32,000 nt of DNA from an uncultured archaeon (GTDB taxonomy: Archaea > Iainarchaeota > Iainarchaeia > Iainarchaeales > Iainarchaeaceae), in the NCBI GenBank assembly GCA_964577555.1, contig CAZNZM010000003.1, positions 5,837 through 37,836 of the forward strand, in the 5' to 3' direction. How positions within the stretch are numbered: position 1 is the first letter of the stretch; each line of letters begins with the position of its first letter. The translations under genes were made by a program, and so were the position numbers. Below the pieces are notes generated by a model. It was not told the origin of the DNA and did no database searches. It saw only the letters and a program-made list of their open reading frames with translations. Below are positions 26,874-32,000 of the stretch, piece by piece.

Positions 26874-26958
26874 AAATTATGTGCGGCGTTGATGAACTGA
26901 CGATGACTCTGACCTTGTGGTATGAAGATAGATGGGCGAACTGAGCCGCACATAATTT
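26874..26958 (+). ncRNA. Candidate C/D-box-like sRNA with a 14-bp terminal stem
   Basis: Perfect inverted repeat AAATTATGTGCGGC (26874-26887) / GCCGCACATAATTT (26945-26958). Inside: C-like TTGATGA (26889-26895), D'-like CTGA (26909-26912), weak C'-like TATGAAG (26921-26927), D CTGA (26941-26944), with a T run at the 3' end. Confidence 0.6.
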
Positions 26959-27004
26959 TTATTATGAAATCATTATTTGGGTTTTTAGTTTTTTTATTTT
27001 TTAG

Positions 27005-27026
27005 AATTAATGGTTTTTGGCAATGT
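27005..27026. repeat. 22-bp direct repeat, left copy
   Basis: AATTAATGGTTTTTGGCAATGT, identical to 28438-28459. Confidence 0.95.
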
Positions 27027-27082
27027 GAGTTTGTGGTTGTTTGCCATTTTTTTTGTTTTTATTTTGAATGTTTCCATGCGAT

Positions 27083-27859
27083 TCACTTTTTGGCGGGTTT
27101 CTTTTTTTTGTATTTGAAGTGTTTTGCAATTGCCATTATTGCAGTTTTGTATTCAATCGGATTGTTGGCTAGGGCACCAATTTCGAATTCCCACTTGTCA
27201 TAAACTTTGTTGGCGTTTTTGAAAATCTGCTCAACAACAAATTTCTGGTTGATGTCTTTGAGTTTTTTCCTTACAAGCGGCAGGTCAATCGGGATTTTTT
27301 TCTGAATTATTGAATAGAGGTCAAAATAGTCCCTCGCTTTTTTTCTTTGAAAAAGCGTTCGAACCTTTTCCGCAATCAACTCTTTCTTGTTGAGTGTTGA
27401 AACTTCAAATTCTGGAATCTCATCATAAAAATGCGGAACCTTGTATTTTTGAGGCTTCAAATAAACACTAGCCTGCTTGTTCACGTCAACAACAATCTCC
27501 GGCCTCAAATCAGTTATTGTTTTGTAGGAAATTTTTAGCCTGAAAAAGTTTGGCGTCTGCTTGTCAAACTGTGTTCTGGTAAAAAATTCTTTGTGGCTTT
27601 CAATGATTTTAAGAATTGATTGTTTTGCTTTCTGTAAAGAGCCGATGCAAGTAAAGTCTAAGTCTTCGCTCAGCCTGTTGTGGTTGAGAAAAATCTTGTT
27701 CAACGCGGTCCCGCCTTTGAAACAAAGCGCTGGAACATCTCTGAGGAAATACAGTAATACAGTCAGGTAATAGTCTTTTTCCATGTAATAGAGGCCGAAT
27801 TTTTTGTCTGCCGCCAGGAAGCGCAGGCGGTTTTCGGTTATGGGCTTGATTTCAACCAT
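27083..27859 (-). CDS. AbiEii-type nucleotidyltransferase (toxin component)
   Basis: LCFKGGTALNKIFLNHNRLSEDLDFTC, LRPEIVVDVN, LNKKELIAEKVRTLFQRKKARDYFDLYSI. Confidence 0.9.
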   Translation of the reverse strand: MVEIKPITENRLRFLAADKKFGLYYMEKDYYLTVLLYFLRDVPALCFKGGTALNKIFLNHNRLSEDLDFTCIGSLQKAKQSILKIIESHKEFFTRTQFDKQTPNFFRLKISYKTITDLRPEIVVDVNKQASVYLKPQKYKVPHFYDEIPEFEVSTLNKKELIAEKVRTLFQRKKARDYFDLYSIIQKKIPIDLPLVRKKLKDINQKFVVEQIFKNANKVYDKWEFEIGALANNPIEYKTAIMAIAKHFKYKKKKPAKK

Positions 27860-28338
27860 CCCATTACCTTTTCCTTAGAGGCTATTTTGAAAGAATGATT
27901 TTTGGTTTTTTGTTCGACAAATCCAACAAGATTTTTTGGTCTGATTCTCTTGAACACTATCTCTGTATCAAAGAGCTTGGTTTTGCCCTGTTTGTTGGTG
28001 CAAAAAACTTCTATTTTTCTGGGGATTTGGTCAACGAAACCCCAGTAATGCGCAGCGGCAAAACCGCCAATAAAATAATTCTTGCCATTAAAGATTTCGT
28101 CAATTACAATAAAGGGGTTTTCCGACCACTTGTTTTGATAGGCCCTTACTGGAACAAGGTAGTATTTTGATTTGTTGATCTTGATGACTCTTTTTTTAGC
28201 TTTGAGCCTGTTGATGTAAACCCGAAGTTCATTGGTGTTTTTAAAAAATTTCTTTATGTCCTCCCTTGAAAAAAAGTTTTTATCGTTGAGTTCGAGGAAC
28301 GAAACAACCTCAATTTCCTTGCTGGAAAGCCCCTTCAT
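27838..28338 (-). CDS. AbiEi-like antitoxin / winged-helix regulator
   Basis: KNFFSREDIKKFFKNTNELRVYINRLKAKKRVIKINKSKYYLVPVRA...NYFIGGFAAAHYWGFVDQIPRKIEVFC; 22-nt overlap with the AbiEii-like gene. Confidence 0.85.
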   Translation of the reverse strand: MKGLSSKEIEVVSFLELNDKNFFSREDIKKFFKNTNELRVYINRLKAKKRVIKINKSKYYLVPVRAYQNKWSENPFIVIDEIFNGKNYFIGGFAAAHYWGFVDQIPRKIEVFCTNKQGKTKLFDTEIVFKRIRPKNLVGFVEQKTKNHSFKIASKEKVMGWLKSSP

Positions 28339-28339
28339 A

Positions 28340-28382
28340 TTGTTACACCAAAATTAACATTTTATTAATTCTAATGTAACAA
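28340..28382. promoter_or_regulatory. Inverted repeat upstream of the AbiEi-like gene, possible autoregulatory operator
   Basis: TTGTTACA (28340-28347) / TGTAACAA (28375-28382), immediately upstream of the start at 28338; TATA-like AAATTTAAATT nearby on the minus strand. Confidence 0.5.
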
Positions 28383-28437
28383 ACCAATTTAAATTTTTTG
28401 GTGTGAGAAAATCGAGTTATTTGTAAACAACAAGCAC

Positions 28438-28459
28438 AATTAATGGTTTTTGGCAATGT
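28438..28459. repeat. 22-bp direct repeat, right copy
   Basis: AATTAATGGTTTTTGGCAATGT, identical to 27005-27026, directly preceding the pLGIC signal-peptide-like segment. Confidence 0.95.
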
Positions 28460-28465
28460 TTTTTT

Positions 28466-29329
28466 TTGTTAGGTTTGATTGCTTTTGCTTCAGCTGAGCC
28501 GGCAAAAGTAAAGGTCGGGGTTTATGTTTTGAGTATTGGAAAATTTGAAGTGAGTACTGGTTCTTATACTGTGGATTTTTATTTGTCAATGAAATGTGAG
28601 AATGAATGCGATCCAAGCAATTTTGAATTTACAAATGGCAGGGCTGTTTCAGTGGATAAAATAATTGATTTGACTAATGAAAAATTTTATAGGATTCAAG
28701 CTGCTTTGGCTGAGAATATTGATTTGAAGCAATATCCTTTTGATGATCACTATTTGACAATCAGTTTGGAGGATAAAAAGAATACGATTGATGATTTGGT
28801 TTATGTGTTTGACGAACAGGCTTCTGGAGTTGATCCTTCTGTTGTGTTAGTTGGTTGGGATTTAACTGGTAATATTGGCGAGGTAACTACTCATTATTAT
28901 CCGCCGTATGATGAAACTTATTCTAGGTTTGTCTATAAAGTGCATATAAAGAGAATTTTTTTGGCGGCTGTGATGAAAACTTTTTTGCCTATTTTGTTTA
29001 TTGTTATTGTAGGTTTGCTTGCGTTGTTGATTCATGAGTCTGACAAGCTTTGGACAAGGATTGGAGTAAATACTTCTTCGCTTATAGCTTCAGTCATGTT
29101 TCATTTGAATGTAACTTCCAGCATTCCGCCTGTGGGTTATTTGACTTTTGCTGATAAGTTCATGATTGCTACTTATATTATTTTGATATTGAGTTTGTTG
29201 AGCACTATAATAATGATGAGGCATGCAAAACAAAAAGACGAGAAAATGCTTGAAAAAATTTATCATGTTTCTCTTTATGCAATACCTGTTTTTGCGCTAA
29301 TTTTATATGGTTTGGTAATTTTTTTGTAA
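28466..29329 (+). CDS. Pentameric ligand-gated ion channel (Cys-loop/GLIC-type) homolog; as predicted it starts with TTG
   Basis: VGVYVLSIGKFEVSTGSYTVDFYLSM, YPFDDHYLTISLEDK, then four TM segments with an M2/M3-like region TRIGVNTSSLIASVMFHLNVTSSIPPVGYLTFADKFMI. Confidence 0.88.
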   Translation: MLGLIAFASAEPAKVKVGVYVLSIGKFEVSTGSYTVDFYLSMKCENECDPSNFEFTNGRAVSVDKIIDLTNEKFYRIQAALAENIDLKQYPFDDHYLTISLEDKKNTIDDLVYVFDEQASGVDPSVVLVGWDLTGNIGEVTTHYYPPYDETYSRFVYKVHIKRIFLAAVMKTFLPILFIVIVGLLALLIHESDKLWTRIGVNTSSLIASVMFHLNVTSSIPPVGYLTFADKFMIATYIILILSLLSTIIMMRHAKQKDEKMLEKIYHVSLYAIPVFALILYGLVIFL

Positions 29330-29364
29330 AATTCAAATGCTTGATTGAAGTTTTTTTTTAACGT

Positions 29365-30195
29365 TTGGCATTTCGGAATCGATTTTTAATTTTATTTTTT
29401 TATATGTTTTTAGTTAAGATGTCTAAATCTAAGCGTGATTTAAGAAAGACTAAAATGCCTGGCAATTGGGTGCGTTTGGGTAGGCCTGAAAGAGAACGCA
29501 GACGATTTGCTTTTTCAAATGAAACTGCCTCTTTTCCTTCTGTAGAAATATTTGATAGACGGAGTCTTTGGAATGTTTTTGGCAGTAATATTAATGTAAT
29601 TGAACATGATTTAAATTTTAGAATTAGGGATCATATTAGGTCGTTGTTTAGTAATAATAGCAGAGTTGTTAATGTTCTTGATTTGGGTTGTGGCAAGGGT
29701 GTTGCGTTGAATGATTTGAAAAGGCTTTTTGGTGATAGGGTGAGGACTTTTGGACAGGTTGCAGCTGTTAGTCCTAGTGAAAAATATGAGGGTGTTGATA
29801 GGCTTTTGGTTGGTTCTTTGACTTTGCCTGACAAACCCCTTAGACTTGTCAGGGTTAATATGGGTATGAATGTTGAGTTGGATAAAAACATGGTTTTTAG
29901 GGCTAGGCCTATTATGGATTTGATTTATTCTTATTTTGGTACTTCTTATCATTCTTTTTTGAAATTAACTGTTTTAGAAGAGGTTATTAAGTGGCTTAGG
30001 CCTGGCGGAATTGCTGTTATCCAGTTTGACTGTTTTAGTCCTAACAGTCTTAAATTTAATGATGATGTTAGATTCAAGAATGAAATTGCTCTTTTATTGA
30101 GGCAATATAGAATTAATAATTTTGAATTTAAACGGACTGGTTCAGATTTATGGCCTACTGTTTTATTTTTTCAAAAACCGGTTGTTAAATTGTGA
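29365..30195 (+). CDS. SAM-dependent methyltransferase (likely start 29419)
   Basis: VVNVLDLGCGKGVALNDLKRLFGDR motif I; LRPGGIAVIQFD. Confidence 0.85.
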   Translation: MAFRNRFLILFFYMFLVKMSKSKRDLRKTKMPGNWVRLGRPERERRRFAFSNETASFPSVEIFDRRSLWNVFGSNINVIEHDLNFRIRDHIRSLFSNNSRVVNVLDLGCGKGVALNDLKRLFGDRVRTFGQVAAVSPSEKYEGVDRLLVGSLTLPDKPLRLVRVNMGMNVELDKNMVFRARPIMDLIYSYFGTSYHSFLKLTVLEEVIKWLRPGGIAVIQFDCFSPNSLKFNDDVRFKNEIALLLRQYRINNFEFKRTGSDLWPTVLFFQKPVVKL

Positions 30196-30339
30196 GTGGT
30201 GTTCCAAGTATTTTCAATATTGCAAAGTGTTTTTTAGAAGCTAATGAAATTGCCAAAAATTTGTGGCGGTTGCGTAGTCTTGTGTGGGTATTAAGTGCTT
30301 TAGGTTATAGTAACGTCATTTTTTAATTATTTTTTTGTT

Positions 30340-31110
30340 TTGTCATTTGTGGTTTTTATGAATGGCTTTACTGCTCATATTATTGTTAAGAATGAAGAAA
30401 GATTCATTAATTATGCTATTGAGTCTGCGCTTCTTATTGCTGATCAAGTTATTGTTTTTGATACTGGTTCTACGGATTCAACAATTGAAATAGTGCAATC
30501 TTTGGTTAGAAAATATCCTAATAAAATATTTTTTTTTGAGAAGGGTAATCAGAGCACAACTGGGCTTGTTGAATTGAGAAATGAAATGATAAAGCTTACT
30601 AAGACTGATTGGTTTTTTTTAGTAGACGGTGATGAAGTAGTCTCTATAAAAAATTTATCTGCTTTTTTAAATTTTTTTAGTTCTTTGTCTGAAAAAGTTT
30701 CAAGAGTTGAGGTGAATAGGCGTGATTTTATAGGAGATGCTAATTTAGTGGCAAGAAATAGTTTGGTTGGGCGGTTTTATAAGACAAATAAAATAGTTTT
30801 TTTTGGGGAATATCCTTTTGAATATCCTGTTTTGAAAGACTTTTCAAAAGAAACAATTGAATCTTTTTCTGTAAGCATTTCGGAAGATTTGGTTTTGTAC
30901 AATCATTTTACTTATTTTGCCCGTTCGCAAAAAGATAATGATGTAAAGTTTGGGAGACACTGGCGTAAGTTGCCTTTTCCAATATTATTGTATTTTGGGT
31001 CAAAACCTGTTCCAAATATTGATGAAAATTTGGTTGTTGCTTTGTTAAAATTTCCGATTTATAATTTAATTGGGTTGTTTAATAATATGTTGTTATTTAA
31101 TAGAAAATAG
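30340..31110 (+). CDS. Glycosyltransferase family 2 (likely start 30358)
   Basis: TAHIIVKNEERFINYAIESALLIADQVIVFDTGSTDSTIEIV; DWFFLVDGDEVV. Confidence 0.93.
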   Translation: MSFVVFMNGFTAHIIVKNEERFINYAIESALLIADQVIVFDTGSTDSTIEIVQSLVRKYPNKIFFFEKGNQSTTGLVELRNEMIKLTKTDWFFLVDGDEVVSIKNLSAFLNFFSSLSEKVSRVEVNRRDFIGDANLVARNSLVGRFYKTNKIVFFGEYPFEYPVLKDFSKETIESFSVSISEDLVLYNHFTYFARSQKDNDVKFGRHWRKLPFPILLYFGSKPVPNIDENLVVALLKFPIYNLIGLFNNMLLFNRK

Positions 31111-31124
31111 TGATTTTTTTTTAA

Positions 31125-31318
31125 TATAAATTTCATTTATTTTTTTTATTAAGATTTTGTTTTTAATTTTGGAATTGTTTTTTTTGTTATTTTTTTTGTA
31201 TTCTTTTTTTGTGAGCCATTTTTTTTATTTTCTTTTTTTTCGTTTTTTTTTTAATTTTAATACTTTGTTTTTTTTGTTTGTTTTGGTTTTTTAATACTTT
31301 CCTAAATTGTTTTTTTTT
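31125..31318. repeat. T-rich intergenic island
   Basis: Long T runs with gTGAGCCAttttttt, in the same polarity as the other islands. Confidence 0.5.
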
Positions 31319-32000
31319 GTGGTTGGCAAGAAGATTGTTCCTGCGGTTAGGGCTTTGGGCATAAAGCATGCGACTCGTGATGTTGTTCCGATTGCGCAGG
31401 AAGTTGAAAGGTCTGGTAAAAAGGTTTTGTATTTGAATATTGGGGACCCAATGGTTTTTGATTATCGTACTCCTGAGCATTTGTGGCAGGCTATTTTTGA
31501 GAATAAGAAAAATGCTGAGGGTTATTCTGATTCTTTGGGTTATTTGGGTGCAAGAAAAGCTGTTGCTGATTATGCTAAGCGAATGGGTGTTGGTGGTGTT
31601 TCTTGGGATGATGTTATTACTTTTGTTGGTGGGAGCGAGGCCATAATTTTTTCTATGCAGGCTCTTTTTAATCGTGGCGAGAATTGTCTTGTTCCTGTGC
31701 CTGGTTATTCTATTTTTACTGGGGAACTTGCTTTTTTGGAGTGCGAAGCTAATGGTTATTATTTGGATGAGGAGAATGGTTGGCAACCTGATGTTGATAT
31801 GATTGAAAGGAATATAAATGAAAAGACCAGAGCTATTGTTGTTATTAATCCTAATAATCCTACTGGTTCTGTTTTTTCTCGCGGTACTTTGAAAAAGATT
31901 GTTGACATTGCTGGTTCTCATGATTTGGTTGTTTTTGCTGATGAAACTTATGATCAGTTGTTGTTTGATGATGAAACTTTTGTTCCAATGGCTTCGCTTT
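31319..32000 (+). CDS. Class I/II PLP-dependent aminotransferase (alanine aminotransferase-like), 3'-truncated by the window edge; GTG start proposed
   Basis: Manual translation VGKKIVPAVRALGIKHATRDVVPIAQEVERSGKKVLYLNIGDPMVFDYRTPEHL...SLGYLGARKAVADYAKR...NPNNPTGSVFSRGTL...VVFADETYDQLLFD. Absent from the ORF track because it has no stop in the window. Confidence 0.9.
   Translation, partial: MVGKKIVPAVRALGIKHATRDVVPIAQEVERSGKKVLYLNIGDPMVFDYRTPEHLWQAIFENKKNAEGYSDSLGYLGARKAVADYAKRMGVGGVSWDDVITFVGGSEAIIFSMQALFNRGENCLVPVPGYSIFTGELAFLECEANGYYLDEENGWQPDVDMIERNINEKTRAIVVINPNNPTGSVFSRGTLKKIVDIAGSHDLVVFADETYDQLLFDDETFVPMASL

Noticed and set aside
26922-27203. 93-aa plus-strand ORF as an independent gene
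   Set aside because: Its 3' part is antisense to the AbiEii-like gene and the 5' part (from ATG 26964) is better explained as the displaced 5' end of the channel gene. Not called as a CDS.
27083-28338. Classical IS element or transposon carrying the AbiE-like genes
   Set aside because: No transposase or terminal inverted repeats seen; only the 22-bp direct repeat is supported.
31187-31921. 244-aa minus-strand ORF
   Set aside because: Antisense to the clear PLP aminotransferase gene starting at 31319 (+); the protein sequence is low quality and its C-terminus is poly-Lys from the T-rich island.

Overview
This window reads as one archaeal chromosome segment. Evidence: Sec61-beta, deoxyhypusine synthase, thermosome, HerA-type ATPase, histone-fold protein, archaeal IleRS, TATA-like promoters, and tRNAs without encoded CCA. 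Small compact genes suggest a DPANN-type lineage, but that is inference. Main content: XTP/dITP pyrophosphatase; tRNA-Leu(CAG), tRNA-Val(CAC) and tRNA-Ile(UAU); HerA-like ATPase with an intein exactly in its Walker A motif; winged-helix gene; an AmmeMemoRadiSam trio; Sec61-beta; deoxyhypusine synthase; ileS next to tRNA-Ile(UAU); OB-fold/NMP-kinase pair; thermosome; MscS channel; a secreted repeat protein/lipoprotein/kinase cluster; histone-fold protein; cobalamin adenosyltransferase; AP-endonuclease-like TIM barrel; ferredoxin; peroxiredoxin; an AbiEi/AbiEii-like pair; a pentameric ligand-gated ion channel (pLGIC) homolog; methyltransferase; glycosyltransferase; and an aminotransferase cut by the right edge. 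Strongest leads: (1) the AbiE-like cassette lies between two perfect 22-bp direct repeats, and collapsing the repeats in silico restores an in-frame ATG-initiated N-terminus for the pLGIC gene; (2) a C/D-box-like sRNA with a 14-bp perfect terminal stem sits immediately upstream of that locus; (3) four TCATGA palindromes at exact 10-bp spacing cover the start of the winged-helix gene; (4) the HerA P-loop intein appears to have lost its homing endonuclease acidic residues; (5) T-rich intergenic islands are built from shared modular words with fixed strand polarity. No CRISPR array, rRNA or recognisable transposase was seen.
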